Shown here: positions 47,511 to 58,694 of the stretch, in pieces
How positions within the stretch are numbered: the stretch's first letter is position 1
Layout: every line of letters starts with the position of its first letter
NCBI GenBank assembly: GCA_025359445.1
Contig: JANYGB010000063.1
Span: 621-64,620, forward strand
Direction: 5' to 3'
Length of the DNA stretch: 64,000 nucleotides
DNA from: Sphingomonadaceae bacterium
GTDB taxonomy: Bacteria; Pseudomonadota; Alphaproteobacteria; Sphingomonadales; Sphingomonadaceae
Notes under the pieces: generated by a model
Databases searched by the model: none
What the model saw: the letters and a program-made list of their open reading frames with translations, nothing else
What the model was told of the DNA's origin: nothing
Position numbers and translations under genes: made by a program

Positions 47511-48107
47511 ATGGCATCGCAAGAGATCGAAACGCTGACCGCCGCACTGGCCAAGCTCCCCGGCCTCGGGCCGCGTTCGGCGCGGCGTGCGGTGTTGTGG
47601 CTGATCAAGCGCCGCGAAGGCGCGCTGGTGCAATTGCTTGAAGCGCTGGACGCGGTGCGTGAAGGGCTGGACGAGTGCCAGACCTGCGGCAATGTCGATA
47701 CCTCCGACCCCTGCGGTATCTGCGCCGATGCGCGCCGCGACCAGCGCTCGCTGTGCGTGGTCGAGGATGTGGCGGACTTGTGGGCGCTCGACCGTTCGCG
47801 GCTGTTTGCCGGGCGCTATCACGTGCTGGGCGGGCGGCTATCCGCGCTCGACGGGGTGCGGCCCGAGGATCTCAGCATCGGCAAACTGATCGAGCGGGTC
47901 TCGCACGGCGGGATCGACGAGGTGGTGCTGGCGATGAACGCCACTTTGGAAGGCCAGACCACCGCGCACTACATCGCCGAGCGGCTCGAGGCCTATCCGA
48001 TCCGGCTGACCCAGCTCGCCCATGGTCTGCCAGTGGGCGGCGAGCTCGATTACCTTGACGAGGGAACGCTGGCGCAAGCTTTGCGCGCGCGCCGCCCGAT
48101 GGGGTAG
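47511..48107 (+). CDS. recR: Recombination mediator RecR
   Basis: [21 protein letters not shown] zinc finger, Toprim domain, EGQTTA; start set at ATG 47511. Confidence 0.98.
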   Translation: MASQEIETLTAALAKLPGLGPRSARRAVLWLIKRREGALVQLLEALDAVREGLDECQTCGNVDTSDPCGICADARRDQRSLCVVEDVADLWALDRSRLFAGRYHVLGGRLSALDGVRPEDLSIGKLIERVSHGGIDEVVLAMNATLEGQTTAHYIAERLEAYPIRLTQLAHGLPVGGELDYLDEGTLAQALRARRPMG

Positions 48108-48113
48108 GGGGTT

Positions 48114-48244
48114 CGCACGCCAAGACGCCAAGATGATGGCCCTTGGCCGAAGGCCATGAATTTGACCAAGCGATCGGGTGGGGCTTTGTTCGGATCGAAA
48201 GCGGCGTTGCCGCAAGTGCAGCCCTCTTGGCGTCTTGGCGTGCG
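48114..48244. mobile_element. MITE-like element, copy 2 (CGCACGCCAAGACGCCAAG arms)
   Basis: 20 of 21 bases match between the inverted arms; internal GCGGCGTTGCCGC. Confidence 0.7.
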
Positions 48245-48258
48245 CAACAAATCCCAAG

Positions 48259-48287
48259 CTTGAACCCCGCCCAACCCCGCACTATGT
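48259..48287 (+). promoter_or_regulatory. Candidate RpoH (sigma32) promoter of def
   Basis: CTTGAA-N16-ACTATGT, similar to the alphaproteobacterial CTTG-N17/18-CTATxT consensus. Confidence 0.45.
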
Positions 48288-48295
48288 GGCCCTTC

Positions 48296-48865
48296 ATGGC
48301 ATTACGCGAAATCCTCGAAGTTCCCGATCCGCGCCTCAAGCAGATCTCCGCGCCGGTCACGGCGTTCGATGACGACCTGCGTGCGCTGGTCGCCGATATG
48401 TTCGAGACGATGTATGATGCCCCCGGGATCGGGCTCGCCGCGGTGCAGATCGGGGTGCCGCTGCGGGTGCTGACGATCGACCTCCAGCCCGAGGACGAGG
48501 ACGCCGCACCCGAAGAATGCACCGCGCACGGTGGTCACAACCATTCGCACCAGCCAGTCAAGCGCGAGCCGCGGGTGTTCATCAACCCCGAAATTCTCGA
48601 TCCATCGGAAGACCATGCGGTTTATTCCGAAGGATGCCTGTCGGTCCCCGAGATCTACGCCGATGTCGAACGCCCGGCCCGCATCCGCGCGCGCTGGCAA
48701 GACCTTGATGGCAAGGCTCACGAGGAAGACATCGACGGCCTGCTGGCAACTTGCCTGCAGCACGAGATGGACCACCTCGAAGGGGTGCTGTTCATCGATC
48801 ACTTGTCGCGGCTCAAGCGCCAGATGGTGCTCAAGAAGCTGGAAAAGCTGCGCAAGGCGGCGTGA
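48296..48865 (+). CDS. def: Peptide deformylase
   Basis: [20 protein letters not shown]; start set at ATG 48296. Confidence 0.98.
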   Translation: MALREILEVPDPRLKQISAPVTAFDDDLRALVADMFETMYDAPGIGLAAVQIGVPLRVLTIDLQPEDEDAAPEECTAHGGHNHSHQPVKREPRVFINPEILDPSEDHAVYSEGCLSVPEIYADVERPARIRARWQDLDGKAHEEDIDGLLATCLQHEMDHLEGVLFIDHLSRLKRQMVLKKLEKLRKAA

Positions 48866-48912
48866 ATTTGAAAAAGCTTATAGCCGGTTGAGAATACGAA
48901 GAGAGGGCTGGC

Positions 48913-48927
48913 GTTCCTGCTCCGTTC
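48913..48927 (+). promoter_or_regulatory. LexA (SOS) box upstream of rmuC
   Basis: GTTC-CTGCTCC-GTTC, 16 bp before the start codon. Confidence 0.8.
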
Positions 48928-48943
48928 CGGTTAGCGTGTTGCC

Positions 48944-50299
48944 ATGACTGCAACCACATTCATCGTTTTGCTGTTGGCGCTCGCCTGCGGGCTTGGCCTG
49001 GGCTGGCTGTTCGGATCGCGTCCGGCGGCGGATTTGCGCGTGCAGCTGACGGCGAGCGAGGCTCAGGGCAAGGACCTTGACGCGCAGTTCCGCAAGGCAA
49101 TCGCGGAACTGGGTTATGCCCAGATCAAACTGGCGACGCTGGCGGCCAATGCGGCCAATTTTGAGGAGCAGAAGGCTGGGCTGCTAGTTGCGCAGGAAAG
49201 CCTCAAGGCCGAATTTCAGGCTGCCGGAGCGAAGATACTCGCGCAAGCGCAGGAAACTTTGCTCGCCCGCGCGCAGGAGCGGTTCACCCAGTCCGAAGAG
49301 AAGAGCGCTGAGCGGCTGAAGTCGCTGCTCGCGCCGGTCGATCAGCGGCTCAAGGCTTATGAGGAACAAGTCACCAGCCTTGAAAAGCAGCGGGTCGAGG
49401 GGTTCAGCCAGCTTGCCGGCGTAATCGAGGAAGTGCGCAAGGGTCAGGAAGAGGTCAAGCGTGAGGCGGCGCGGCTGGGCAATTCGCTGACGAATGCGCC
49501 CAAAGCAAGGGGCCGCTGGGGCGAGCGCGCGCTGCAGAATGTGCTCGAACAATGCGGGCTGTCGCAGCACACCGATTTCAATCTCGAACACTCGCTGGAA
49601 ACCGACGAGGGACGGCTGCGCCCCGATGCGATCGTCCGCATTCCCGGCCAGAAGATGCTGGTGATCGACGCCAAGGTGTCCTTGAATGCCTACCAGGCCG
49701 CGTTCGAAGCGGGCGACGATGAGACCCGCAAGCGCAATCTTGATCTGCACGCCCGCTCGATGCGGAACCACGTTCAGACGCTCGGTGCCAAGTCGTACCA
49801 GAGCCAGTTCGACGAAGCGCCGGACTATGTGGTGATGTTTGTGCCGGGCGAGCATTTCGTCGCCGCGGCGCTGGAAAACGATCCCGAACTTTGGGACTTT
49901 GCCTTTCACAACAAGGTGTTGCTGGCCACTCCAACCAATCTGGTTGCGATTGCCCGGACCGTGGCGATGGTCTGGCAGCAGGACCAGCTGGCCCGTGAGG
50001 CAATCGAGATCGGCAAGGCGGGAGCCGAACTGTACGACCGGCTCGCCGTGGCGGCCGAACACCTCAAGGGCGTGGGCGCGGGGCTCGATCGGGCCGTGCG
50101 CAAGTACAACGATTTCGTCGGCAGCTTTGAACGCAACGTGCTGACCTCGGGCCGCCGGCTCAAGGACAAGGGCATCGCCATCGGCAAGCGCGAGATCGAG
50201 GAAGTCCCGGTCATTGACAGCCTGCCGCGCCATTCGAGCAGTAATGACGCAGCGCTATTGCTGCAGGGCGATACGGATGAGGCAGAGGTGGCGGAGTAG
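48944..50299 (+). CDS. rmuC: DNA recombination protein RmuC
   Basis: N-terminal TM plus coiled coil, RGRWGE, LRPDAIV, VIDAK, MFVPGE, ATPTNL. Confidence 0.96.
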   Translation: MTATTFIVLLLALACGLGLGWLFGSRPAADLRVQLTASEAQGKDLDAQFRKAIAELGYAQIKLATLAANAANFEEQKAGLLVAQESLKAEFQAAGAKILAQAQETLLARAQERFTQSEEKSAERLKSLLAPVDQRLKAYEEQVTSLEKQRVEGFSQLAGVIEEVRKGQEEVKREAARLGNSLTNAPKARGRWGERALQNVLEQCGLSQHTDFNLEHSLETDEGRLRPDAIVRIPGQKMLVIDAKVSLNAYQAAFEAGDDETRKRNLDLHARSMRNHVQTLGAKSYQSQFDEAPDYVVMFVPGEHFVAAALENDPELWDFAFHNKVLLATPTNLVAIARTVAMVWQQDQLAREAIEIGKAGAELYDRLAVAAEHLKGVGAGLDRAVRKYNDFVGSFERNVLTSGRRLKDKGIAIGKREIEEVPVIDSLPRHSSSNDAALLLQGDTDEAEVAE

Positions 50300-50305
50300 C
50301 CAGTT

Positions 50306-50408
50306 CGTCACCCCGGCGAAGGCTGGGGCCCAGACCTTGCGAGCAATCGACGTCGCATTGCGACGACATTATTTTTTGTGCTGGGCCCCGGCCTGCGCCG
50401 GGGTGACG
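50306..50408. repeat. CGTC-tagged palindromic element, subfamily 1
   Basis: Arms CGTCACCCCGGCGAAGGCTGGGGCCCAG and CTGGGCCCCGGCCTGCGCCGGGGTGACG. Confidence 0.9.
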
Positions 50409-50431
50409 GCTCAGAATTGCGACCGTTGCGC

Positions 50432-50836
50432 TTACCGCCTCCGCGCCAACCTGGCCGAGTGCCCCGGCGCGGTGAGCATGAGCGTGTCGCCCTCCACCTT
50501 GTACTGCGGCGAAGCGCCGAGCAGCGCGCTGACGGCTTTTTCCTGCTCCATCACCCCGTCGCAGAACATTATGGTCGATATGAACGGGCCGGTCACCAAC
50601 TGCCCGGGCTCGATGGTCAGATCGCCGCCCATGCCATTGCAGCCGGCATCGGCGGAGAACGACTTGGCATTGAGGGTCAGCGCGGCGCGGCTCGAGACGG
50701 GCTTCTGGCCGTCGATCAGGACGAACGACCAGGTGCTCCCGGCAAGCGGACCGGGCGCGGCGCCGTCGGTGGTGCAGGCGGCGAGCAGCGGCGCGGCTAG
50801 GGCGCTCAAGGCGAACAGGGCGATGCGGTTGGTCAT
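50432..50836 (-). CDS. META domain lipoprotein
   Basis: Lipobox LAAC, LAGSTW, AGCN, STIMFC. Confidence 0.92.
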   Translation of the reverse strand: MTNRIALFALSALAAPLLAACTTDGAAPGPLAGSTWSFVLIDGQKPVSSRAALTLNAKSFSADAGCNGMGGDLTIEPGQLVTGPFISTIMFCDGVMEQEKAVSALLGASPQYKVEGDTLMLTAPGHSARLARRR

Positions 50837-50879
50837 GCAGGATACCTCACACGGTCCGCATGATCGGAGACTGAACAGC

Positions 50880-51677
50880 TCAGCCCAGCGCAGCTAGCGC
50901 CTCGTAGGCCAGCACTGCGGCGGCGACAGCAGCGTTCAGGCTGTCAGCGCGGCCCTTCATCGGTATGGTCACGCGCGAATCGCAGGCCATTTCATAATCT
51001 TCCGGCAGCCCGCGCGATTCGTTGCCGATCAGCAGGAAGCACGGGGCTGTGTAAGCCGCGCCGCGGTAATCGACCGAATCCCGCAAGCTCGCCGCGACCA
51101 GCTGGCCCTCTCCGCCGCGCAACCACGGCAGGAATTCATCCCATTTCGCGAGCGCGATTTGCTGCGTAAACACCGCGCCCATGCTCGCGCGCACGGCTTC
51201 GACCGAAAACGGATCGGCGCAGTCGTCGAGCAGGATCAGCCCGCCCGCGCCGACCGCATCGCCGGTGCGCAGCATGGTCCCAAGGTTGCCCGGATCGCGC
51301 AGCGCCTGCGCCACCAGCCAGATCTTCGCGCTGCCGCGCCGGATCTGCTCGAGCCCGGTATCAAATTCGGCAAAAACCCCGGCGACTGCCTGCGGATTGT
51401 CCTTGCCGGTCACCTTGGCGAGCAAGTCCGCGCCCATCTCGAGCACTTCGCCGCCCGCCGCGACTACATCAGCCTCAAGCGCATCGATCAACGGATGCGG
51501 ATCGCGCCTTGTCGCCATCATCAGCATTTCGGGCAGATGCCCGCTGGACCGCGCATCAGTCAGTAAGCGCAATCCCTCAGCGAGGAATTTGCCCGAAGCT
51601 TTGCGGTGCTTCTTCTCACGCAAGCTGCGCAGGAATTTGATGGTCGGGTTGGAAAATCCGGTGATGGTGCGGCGCAT
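50880..51677 (-). CDS. TrmH/SpoU family RNA methyltransferase
   Basis: LRDPGNLGTMLRT, VRASMGA, IGNESRG, ADSLNAAVA. Confidence 0.95.
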   Translation of the reverse strand: MRRTITGFSNPTIKFLRSLREKKHRKASGKFLAEGLRLLTDARSSGHLPEMLMMATRRDPHPLIDALEADVVAAGGEVLEMGADLLAKVTGKDNPQAVAGVFAEFDTGLEQIRRGSAKIWLVAQALRDPGNLGTMLRTGDAVGAGGLILLDDCADPFSVEAVRASMGAVFTQQIALAKWDEFLPWLRGGEGQLVAASLRDSVDYRGAAYTAPCFLLIGNESRGLPEDYEMACDSRVTIPMKGRADSLNAAVAAAVLAYEALAALG

Positions 51678-51702
51678 GGGTTGGGGCTCCGTGGCGCGTG
51701 GC

Positions 51703-51779
51703 CTTCGACAGGCTCAGGCTGAGCGGCGTGTAATGTTTTGGTCTAAACCCAAGTTCCGCTCAGCCTGAGTCTGTCGAAG
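51703..51779. repeat. Palindromic repeat, CTTCGACAGGCTCAG family
   Basis: 24-bp inverted arms with one mismatch. Confidence 0.85.
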
Positions 51780-51789
51780 CCCGCGCGCA

Positions 51790-52068
51790 TCAATCCTCGC
51801 CGAAGCCGTCCTTGACCAGCCCGACCAGCTTGAGCAGCGCCAAATCCGCGCCTTCGCCCGAGACCATAATGTCGATCGAATCGCCCTTCGCCGCGCCGAG
51901 CATCATCAGGCCGAGGATCGAGGCCCCTTCGGCATCGTTGCCGTCTTTCTCGACCCGGACATGCAGCCCGTCACCCAGTTTGGCGACGGCATTGACGAAT
52001 TTGGCACTGGCGCGCGCGTGCAGGCCCCGGTTGTTGACGATCTCGACAGTTTCCCGGTGCTCGCTCAC
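51790..52068 (-). CDS. ptsH: Phosphocarrier protein HPr
   Basis: RGLHARAS phospho-His motif, ASILGLMML; start set at GTG 52068. Confidence 0.95.
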   Translation of the reverse strand: MSEHRETVEIVNNRGLHARASAKFVNAVAKLGDGLHVRVEKDGNDAEGASILGLMMLGAAKGDSIDIMVSGEGADLALLKLVGLVKDGFGED

Positions 52069-52088
52069 GTGTGTTCCCAACTAGGGTA

Positions 52089-52493
52089 TCAGGCGTCCTG
52101 GCCCAGAAATTCAGACGCGATGGTAATGTAGCTGCGCCCGGCATCGCGCGCCGCGACCACCGCCTGTTCAAGCGGCATGCAGCAGCGTGCCTTGGCCAGC
52201 CGGATCAGCATCGGCAAGTTGATCCCGGCGATAACTTCGACTTTGCCGCGCTGCATCAACGAGATCGCCAGGTTCGACGGGGTGCCGCCGAACAAGTCGG
52301 TCAGGATGATCACCCCGGTGCCGCTGTCCACGCGGCTGACTGCATTGCCGATATCGATGCGGCGCGTTTCCATGTTGTCTTCGGGGCCGATGCTGATCGC
52401 AACAACGGCTTCTTGCTTGCCCACGACGTGCGTCATCGCCGCGACGAATTCTTCGGCCAGCTTGCCGTGAGTAACCAGGATCAGGCCGATCAT
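52089..52493 (-). CDS. PTS EIIA component, mannose family
   Basis: LVTHG, LTDLFGGTPSN, GINLPML. Confidence 0.95.
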   Translation of the reverse strand: MIGLILVTHGKLAEEFVAAMTHVVGKQEAVVAISIGPEDNMETRRIDIGNAVSRVDSGTGVIILTDLFGGTPSNLAISLMQRGKVEVIAGINLPMLIRLAKARCCMPLEQAVVAARDAGRSYITIASEFLGQDA

Positions 52494-52598
52494 GTCCGGG
52501 TAGCGCTCCCCATCCGCGGTTCGGCGAGTCGCGCCGTGCGGTGGCGCCGGGCCATGACGATTGCGCAGAGCGCGGTCAATGGATTTCCTGTCATGATC

Positions 52599-53528
52599 TC
52601 AGGTACGTCCCACAGCGGCATCGGGCTTCCCCTCGACCAGATCGGCCGCGCGGGCCGACAGGTTGCGGTGCAGGACGCTGGGGGTATAGCCCGCTGCAGT
52701 CAGCGCGGCCGCCAGTTGCTCGGCTGCAAAGACTGAGCGGTGCCGCCCGCCAGTGCAGCCAAAGCCAATGTTTACATAGGCTTTGCCCTGCGCCTGATAG
52801 CGCGGCAGCAGCAGCAAGATAAGGTCACGGATCCGCGCGAAGGCTTCGTGCCAGGCGGGATCCTGGCGAATGTGGTCGGCAACCGCCGGGTCCTGCCCGG
52901 TCTGCGGACGCAGGACCGGATCCCAGTGCGGATTATCGAGAAATCGCATATCGAACACCAGATCTGCGATCGGCGGCATCCCGCGCGAAAATCCGAAGCT
53001 GCTGACCGATACGGTCATCCCGCGCACCGCACTATCGCCAAACCGCTCGCGGATCGCTTGTTGCAAATCATTGCTGCTGAACTGGGTGGTCGAGATCACC
53101 AGGTCGGCCCAGCGCCGCAATGGCTCCATCAGTTCGCGTTCGGCCGAAATGCCGCTGGCCGCCGGCAGGTCTTGCGCCAGCGGATGGCGGCGGCGGGTTT
53201 CGTTGTAGCGCCGCTCCAGCTCGGTCCCGGCGCAATCGAGGAACAGCGTGGTGATTTCCAGGTCGGCGCGGCCGGTCAGTTTCTTGACGAGCGCGATGAC
53301 CTTGTTGGGATCGAAGCCGCGCGTGCGCGAATCGAAGCCGATCGCCAGTGGGGTGTCGGCGGCGGGGGCATCGCTGTCGATCAGCCGGCCCAGCAAACGC
53401 ACCGGAAAATTGTCGATCACTTCCCAGCCCAAGTCCTCCAGCACTTTCAACGCGGTGGTCTTGCCTGCGCCAAGCAGCCCGGTAACGAGCAGCAAGCGCT
53501 GCGGGGCAGGAGGGGGAGAGTCGGTCAT
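52599..53528 (-). CDS. rapZ: RNase adapter protein RapZ
   Basis: TGLLGAGKT, LERRYNETRRRHPL, FDMRFLDNP, GCTGGRHRSV. Confidence 0.96.
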   Translation of the reverse strand: MTDSPPPAPQRLLLVTGLLGAGKTTALKVLEDLGWEVIDNFPVRLLGRLIDSDAPAADTPLAIGFDSRTRGFDPNKVIALVKKLTGRADLEITTLFLDCAGTELERRYNETRRRHPLAQDLPAASGISAERELMEPLRRWADLVISTTQFSSNDLQQAIRERFGDSAVRGMTVSVSSFGFSRGMPPIADLVFDMRFLDNPHWDPVLRPQTGQDPAVADHIRQDPAWHEAFARIRDLILLLLPRYQAQGKAYVNIGFGCTGGRHRSVFAAEQLAAALTAAGYTPSVLHRNLSARAADLVEGKPDAAVGRT

Positions 53529-53606
53529 TGCAGTGCAACATAAATGGCGCTGGATGGACGCAATGTGAAGGGCGCGGTTAGTGCTGTCCCCCGTTCGGAA
53601 GATTGT

Positions 53607-54029
53607 TCAAACGAGGCCGTAGCGTTCAAGCGCCAGTTCAACTTTGCGAGCCGGCGGATTCTCCGACGGCCATAGCCTGATCAACGGTAACGGAACGGTT
53701 GCGCGCTCTGCTGGCTCGGCCGCCTCGGTAAACCGCGGAGCACTGGGATCAAGCACAATGACAAGCGCCACGCGCACATCGTTGGCGGTGGGGAACCGCA
53801 ACAATCCGACGTTTCTTACCTCGAGCAATCCAGCCGTGTTAGGCGGAGGTGAAGCAAATAGGTGAGCGCCGCGCAGTTCCATGCTGACGCCATCGTCCCC
53901 GATCAGCATTGCTCCGCGATCCAGCAATGCCAGTGCGAGAGCGGACTTGCCCGAGCCGGGCGGACCTTCGATCAGCACAGCACGGCCCTTGATGGCCAAA
54001 CAGGTGGCTTGATGAAGGAACGCGGTCAT
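53607..54029 (-). CDS. hprK: HPr kinase/phosphorylase, short alphaproteobacterial form
   Basis: GPPGSGKS, LIGDD, LEVRNVG. Confidence 0.92.
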   Translation of the reverse strand: MTAFLHQATCLAIKGRAVLIEGPPGSGKSALALALLDRGAMLIGDDGVSMELRGAHLFASPPPNTAGLLEVRNVGLLRFPTANDVRVALVIVLDPSAPRFTEAAEPAERATVPLPLIRLWPSENPPARKVELALERYGLV

Positions 54030-55600
54030 GAGCCTTCCTCTTCCACCGTCGGCAGCTCCAGCACAAGGCACGCGCCCGGCTTCCCGTCGGGCCGGTCAGT
54101 CGCCACCAAGGACCCGTCGTGCGCTTCGGCGATGGTCCGGGCGATGGCGAGGCCAAGGCCGGAATGGCTGCCGAAGGTTTCGGTATCGGGGCGGAGCGAG
54201 TGGAACCGGTCGAAGATTTTCTCGCGCGCTTCGGGCGGAATGCCGGGGCCTTCGTCAGTGACGGTCAGCTCGACATGTTCGGGATGCCGCGTCACGCCGA
54301 GCACCACCGCGCCGCCGGGCGGGGAAAACGAGCAGGCATTGTCGAGCAGGTTGACCAGCACGCGTTCGAGCCGCGCCGGATCGCCAGGGACCACCCATGG
54401 CCCGGCGTCCTGCGGCTCGATCCGCACGGTGCAGGGGCCTGCATCGCCGCGCTCGGCGCGGGCACGGACCAGCGTTTCGGCGAGCGTCATCAAGTCGACC
54501 TCGTCAAATGGAGTACGGCTGAGCTGGGCATCGATCCGGCTCGCCTCGGCGATTTCAGTGACCAATCGGTCGATCCGCCGAACATCGTGCGCGGCGATTG
54601 CGGTCAGCTTGGTGCGCAGTTCGTCATCCGTGACCTTTTCAAGGCTTTCGAGCGCAGAGCGCAAGCTGGCGAGCGGGTTCTTGATTTCATGCGCCACATC
54701 GGCGGCGAAGGTCTCGACCGCGTCGATCCGGCTGCGCAGTGCCCCAGTCATGTCGGATAGCGCGCGCGCCAGGAGCCCGATCTCGTCGCGGCGTTCGGGC
54801 AGGCGCGGCACTTCGACCGCGCGGTCACGCCCCAGCCGAACCCGCACGGCGGCGCGGACCAGCGCGCGCAGCGGCTTGACGATGGTTCGCGCGAGGAACA
54901 ACGAGAGCTGGATCGAGATCAGCAAGGTTACCCCCAGCACAATTGCCAAGGTCTGGCGCGCATCGCGCACCGCCTGAGTGATGTCAGGCGCGTTGCGGGT
55001 GGTCAGCAGCAATTCGCCAGTGTTTCCGATCGGGGTTGCGGCGGTGATCACCGGGCTCTCATCGGGCGCCGATCGCTCCATCACGATGGTGCTGTGCGCG
55101 CGAGCTGCATCGCCAAGCTCGGGCCAATTGATCGCCGCATCGACTGCGGGCTGAACGTAAGGTGGAATTGGCGGCGTGCCGAGCGTCCAATTCATCGAAC
55201 GGTCGAGCACACGTGCTGCGTTTAGATACCACGGATCAGCCTGCGGATCAGCAAAGGCAAAACTCGGGCCTGCAACCTTGAAGCTGTCAAGCCGCAGCAC
55301 GCCGTCAGGCCCATAAACCCGCAGGCGCAAATGCTGGTTGGCACCGATCTGCGCCGCCAGTCGCGCGCGCTCGGGCAGGCTGCTGTGCGCCAGCCCGGCG
55401 GCGGCAATCTCAGCCTCCGCGCTGGCCAGCTTGAACCGTTCTGCCACCAGCTGACGGCGATACGAATCGAGGTAGAAGAGGCTCCCCGCCATCAGCCCCA
55501 GCGCGATGATGTTGACCGCCAAGATCCGCGCGGTGAGCGAGGTACGCCGCGTCCAGTAAAGCCGCCGCTGGCGAACCGGGAGCCGCGTCGGTTCAGGCAT
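54026..55600 (-). CDS. chvG: Sensor histidine kinase ChvG/ExoS-like
   Basis: Stimulus-sensing periplasmic domain, [25 protein letters not shown] boxes; start overlaps the chvI stop. Confidence 0.92.
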   Translation of the reverse strand: MPEPTRLPVRQRRLYWTRRTSLTARILAVNIIALGLMAGSLFYLDSYRRQLVAERFKLASAEAEIAAAGLAHSSLPERARLAAQIGANQHLRLRVYGPDGVLRLDSFKVAGPSFAFADPQADPWYLNAARVLDRSMNWTLGTPPIPPYVQPAVDAAINWPELGDAARAHSTIVMERSAPDESPVITAATPIGNTGELLLTTRNAPDITQAVRDARQTLAIVLGVTLLISIQLSLFLARTIVKPLRALVRAAVRVRLGRDRAVEVPRLPERRDEIGLLARALSDMTGALRSRIDAVETFAADVAHEIKNPLASLRSALESLEKVTDDELRTKLTAIAAHDVRRIDRLVTEIAEASRIDAQLSRTPFDEVDLMTLAETLVRARAERGDAGPCTVRIEPQDAGPWVVPGDPARLERVLVNLLDNACSFSPPGGAVVLGVTRHPEHVELTVTDEGPGIPPEAREKIFDRFHSLRPDTETFGSHSGLGLAIARTIAEAHDGSLVATDRPDGKPGACLVLELPTVEEEGS

Positions 55601-56351
55601 CGGTGTAGGAATACCCAGCGCCATACAGCGTTTCGATCGCTGAGAATTGCGGGTCGACCGCGCGGAACTTGCGCCGGAGCCGCTTGATATGGCTGTCGAT
55701 CGTGCGGTCATCGACGAACACGTCATCGGAATAGGCCGCGTCCATTAGCTGGTTGCGGTTCTTGATCACTCCGGGCCGGGCGGCCAGCGCCTCAAGCAGC
55801 AGGAATTCGGTCACCGTCAATGCAACCGGCTCGCCCTGCCAGGTGACCTGGTGGCGCGCCGGGTCCATCACCAGCCGACCGCGCGCCAGTTCTTCGCTCG
55901 GTTCGGCCCCGGCATCGCTTGCCGCGTCGCTGCGCGCCAGTTCACTGCGGCGCAAGATTGCGCGGATGCGCGCGACCAGCAGCCGCTGGCTGAACGGCTT
56001 GGTGATATAATCGTCGGCACCCAGTGCAAGGCCCAGTGCCTCGTCCGGCTCCTCGTCCTTGCTGGTCAGGAAGATCACCGGCAGCGCGCTTTTTTCGCGC
56101 AGCTTCTGGAGCAGTTGCAGCCCGTCCATGCTCGGCATCTTGATATCGCAGACCGCCAGATCTGGTGCATTTTCAAGCAAGGCCTTCAACGCCGCGACTC
56201 CATCCGAATAAACCCGGGTGATGAATCCTTCGGCCTGCAAACCAATCGAGACCGTGGTCAGAATGTTGCGGTCATCGTCGACCAGCGCGATGACCTGCGG
56301 CGCATGACCTGCGGGCGGCGCTTCGGAGGGTGGTACGGAACTGTCGGCCAT
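55593..56351 (-). CDS. chvI: OmpR-family response regulator ChvI
   Basis: [42 protein letters not shown]. Confidence 0.95.
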   Translation of the reverse strand: MADSSVPPSEAPPAGHAPQVIALVDDDRNILTTVSIGLQAEGFITRVYSDGVAALKALLENAPDLAVCDIKMPSMDGLQLLQKLREKSALPVIFLTSKDEEPDEALGLALGADDYITKPFSQRLLVARIRAILRRSELARSDAASDAGAEPSEELARGRLVMDPARHQVTWQGEPVALTVTEFLLLEALAARPGVIKNRNQLMDAAYSDDVFVDDRTIDSHIKRLRRKFRAVDPQFSAIETLYGAGYSYTDA

Positions 56352-56487
56352 GGGTGCGATGCTGCGCGCTTTGCTGCCTGCCTGACGGGTCCTTGGGAGT
56401 AGCCCGGAACGTCAGGTAGCGCAATCGCGCCGAAATGTGACCATAGCACATTGTAATGAATAGATAGTTTGGGTGCGATGCCACCAT

Positions 56488-56516
56488 TTGACGGAATCGG
56501 CTGCACCGACTATGCG
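56488..56516 (+). promoter_or_regulatory. Sigma70 promoter of pckA
   Basis: TTGACG-N17-TATGCG. Confidence 0.55.
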
Positions 56517-56597
56517 CGCCGAACACCTCCGGCGCATTCGTATGCGGACAGGCTGCTGCGCTGCGCGCAGTGGCCCCGGAAACCGACGGAGATTGCC

Positions 56598-58199
56598 TTG
56601 ACCGCTACGCTTTCCCATCCGCTTGCAGCGCAAGGCATCGACACCGCAGCGAAGGTGTTTGCCAATCTCGGCACCGCGCCGCTGGTCGAGCATGCACTGG
56701 TCCGAGGCGAAGGCAAGCTGACCAAGGATGGAGCGCTGCTGGTCGATACCGGCAAGTTCACCGGGCGCAGCGTGAAGGACAAATTCGTGGTCCGCGATGC
56801 AATCACCGAAAGCACGATCAACTGGGGCCCGATCAACCAGCCGATGGGTCGCGAGCACTGGGCCAACCTGAAGGCCGATTTTCTGGCCGCTGTGAAGGAC
56901 CAGCGCGAGTTGTTCGTCGCAGATCTGTTCGGCGGCAGCCAGCCGGAATACCGCGTCAACGTGCGCGTCATCACGCAAATGGCCTGGCATAATCTGTTCA
57001 TCCGCACCTTGCTGGTGCGGCCGAGCGCGGAAGAGCTGGCCAACTTCGCGCCCGAATACACAATCATCAACCTGCCCAGCTTCAAGGCCGATCCAGAGCG
57101 CCATGGCTGCCGCAGCGATACGGTGATTGCAGTCAACTTCACCGAAAAGCTGATCCTGATCGGCAACACCGAGTATTCGGGCGAGATGAAAAAGGGCGTA
57201 TTCGGCCTGCTCAACTTCCTGCTCCCGGCGCAGGGCGTGATGCCGATGCACTGTTCGGCCAACATCGGTGCAGACGGCAAAAGCGCGATCTTCTTCGGCC
57301 TGTCGGGCACCGGCAAGACTACCCTCTCGGCTGATGCCAGCCGCACGCTGATCGGCGACGACGAGCACGGCTGGTCGGACCAGGCGGTGTTCAACTTCGA
57401 AGGCGGCTGCTATGCGAAGATGATCAATCTCTCGGCCGAGGGCGAGCCGGAGATTTATGCGACCACCAAGATGTTCGGCACGATCCTGGAAAACGTGACG
57501 ATTGACGAGGACACGCGCGAGCTCGACTTCACCGACGCCAGCAAGACCGAGAATACCCGCGGTGCCTATCCGATCGAATTCATTCCCAACACCAGCGACG
57601 AGAACCTCGGCCCGCCGCCGTCGAACATTATCCTGCTCACCGCAGATGCATTCGGCGTGCTGCCCCCGATTGCCCGGCTCACGCCGGACCAGGCGATGTA
57701 CCACTTCCTCTCGGGCTACACCGCCAAGGTTGCCGGGACCGAAATCGGCGTGACCGAACCGACGGCAACCTTCAGCACCTGCTTTGGTGCAGCTTTCATG
57801 CCGCGCCATCCCAGTGTCTATGGCAACCTGCTGAAAAAGCGGATTGCCGAAGGCGGGGCGCAGTGCTGGCTGGTCAATACCGGCTGGTCCGGCGGCCGGG
57901 CAACCGATCCGGGCATCAAGCGCATGCCCATCAAGGCGACCCGCGCGCTGCTTAACGCCGCGCTCGACGGCAGCCTCAACAACGCCGAATTCAAGAAGGA
58001 TCCGAACTTCGGCTTTGAAGTGCCGGTCGCCGTCCCCGGGGTCGACAGCAAGCTGCTCGATCCGCGCGGGGCGTGGAGCGATGGGGACGCATACGATCAA
58101 ACCGCGCAAGACCTGGTCGGCAAATTTATCGACAACTTCGCCCAGTTCGAAGCTTACGTCGATCAGTCGGTGCTCGAATCGGCGCCCAAAGCAGCTTGA
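56598..58199 (+). CDS. pckA: Phosphoenolpyruvate carboxykinase (ATP)
   Basis: [39 protein letters not shown]; start set at TTG 56598 after GGAG. Confidence 0.98.
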   Translation: MTATLSHPLAAQGIDTAAKVFANLGTAPLVEHALVRGEGKLTKDGALLVDTGKFTGRSVKDKFVVRDAITESTINWGPINQPMGREHWANLKADFLAAVKDQRELFVADLFGGSQPEYRVNVRVITQMAWHNLFIRTLLVRPSAEELANFAPEYTIINLPSFKADPERHGCRSDTVIAVNFTEKLILIGNTEYSGEMKKGVFGLLNFLLPAQGVMPMHCSANIGADGKSAIFFGLSGTGKTTLSADASRTLIGDDEHGWSDQAVFNFEGGCYAKMINLSAEGEPEIYATTKMFGTILENVTIDEDTRELDFTDASKTENTRGAYPIEFIPNTSDENLGPPPSNIILLTADAFGVLPPIARLTPDQAMYHFLSGYTAKVAGTEIGVTEPTATFSTCFGAAFMPRHPSVYGNLLKKRIAEGGAQCWLVNTGWSGGRATDPGIKRMPIKATRALLNAALDGSLNNAEFKKDPNFGFEVPVAVPGVDSKLLDPRGAWSDGDAYDQTAQDLVGKFIDNFAQFEAYVDQSVLESAPKAA

Positions 58200-58285
58200 T
58201 AAAGCCGGAATAAATCCCGATTTAGCTTTCCTCGTGCCGCTGCCAGGCTTAGCTTGGCGCTTTCCGCATCGAGGAGTATTTAAGT

Positions 58286-58645
58286 ATGGGTATTTTCGAC
58301 AGCATCATGGGCCAGGTCAGCGAGCACGCCGACGTCGGCAATCTTGCGACCAAGCTGGGCATTTCACCCGAAATGGCGGAAAAAGCGATTGCCGCGCTGG
58401 GCCAGTCGCACGAAGAACCCGGCGATACGATCCAGGGCGCTGCCGCCAAAACCGGGCTCGATACCGGTGTGTTAAGCCAGATCGTCGAGCAGATCGGCGG
58501 TGAGGGTTCGCTTGGGCAATACGCGCAAATGATCAAGGACAGCCCGATGGCCTCGGGCTTGCTCGGCAGCCTCGACAAGGACGGCGACGGCAACCCGCTG
58601 AACGATCTCGCCGGGATGGCCAAGGGGCTGTTCGGGAAGAAGTGA
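58286..58645 (+). CDS. Small Gly-rich protein, YidB/DUF937-like
   Basis: LATKLGISPEMA helices, C-terminal LDKDGDGNPLND. Confidence 0.7.
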   Translation: MGIFDSIMGQVSEHADVGNLATKLGISPEMAEKAIAALGQSHEEPGDTIQGAAAKTGLDTGVLSQIVEQIGGEGSLGQYAQMIKDSPMASGLLGSLDKDGDGNPLNDLAGMAKGLFGKK

Positions 58646-58694
58646 CAGGCGGGGGCTGCGCTTGCTTCCTGGTCGAGCGCTAACCCCAACACTG

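Noticed and set aside
53593-53608. GTTC..GTTC near the hprK end
   Set aside because: The spacer is 8 nt, not 7, and the site is not in a clear promoter position.
51790-58199. pckA / chvI-chvG-hprK-rapZ-EIIA-HPr cluster as a novel system
   Set aside because: This is the well-known conserved alphaproteobacterial arrangement.
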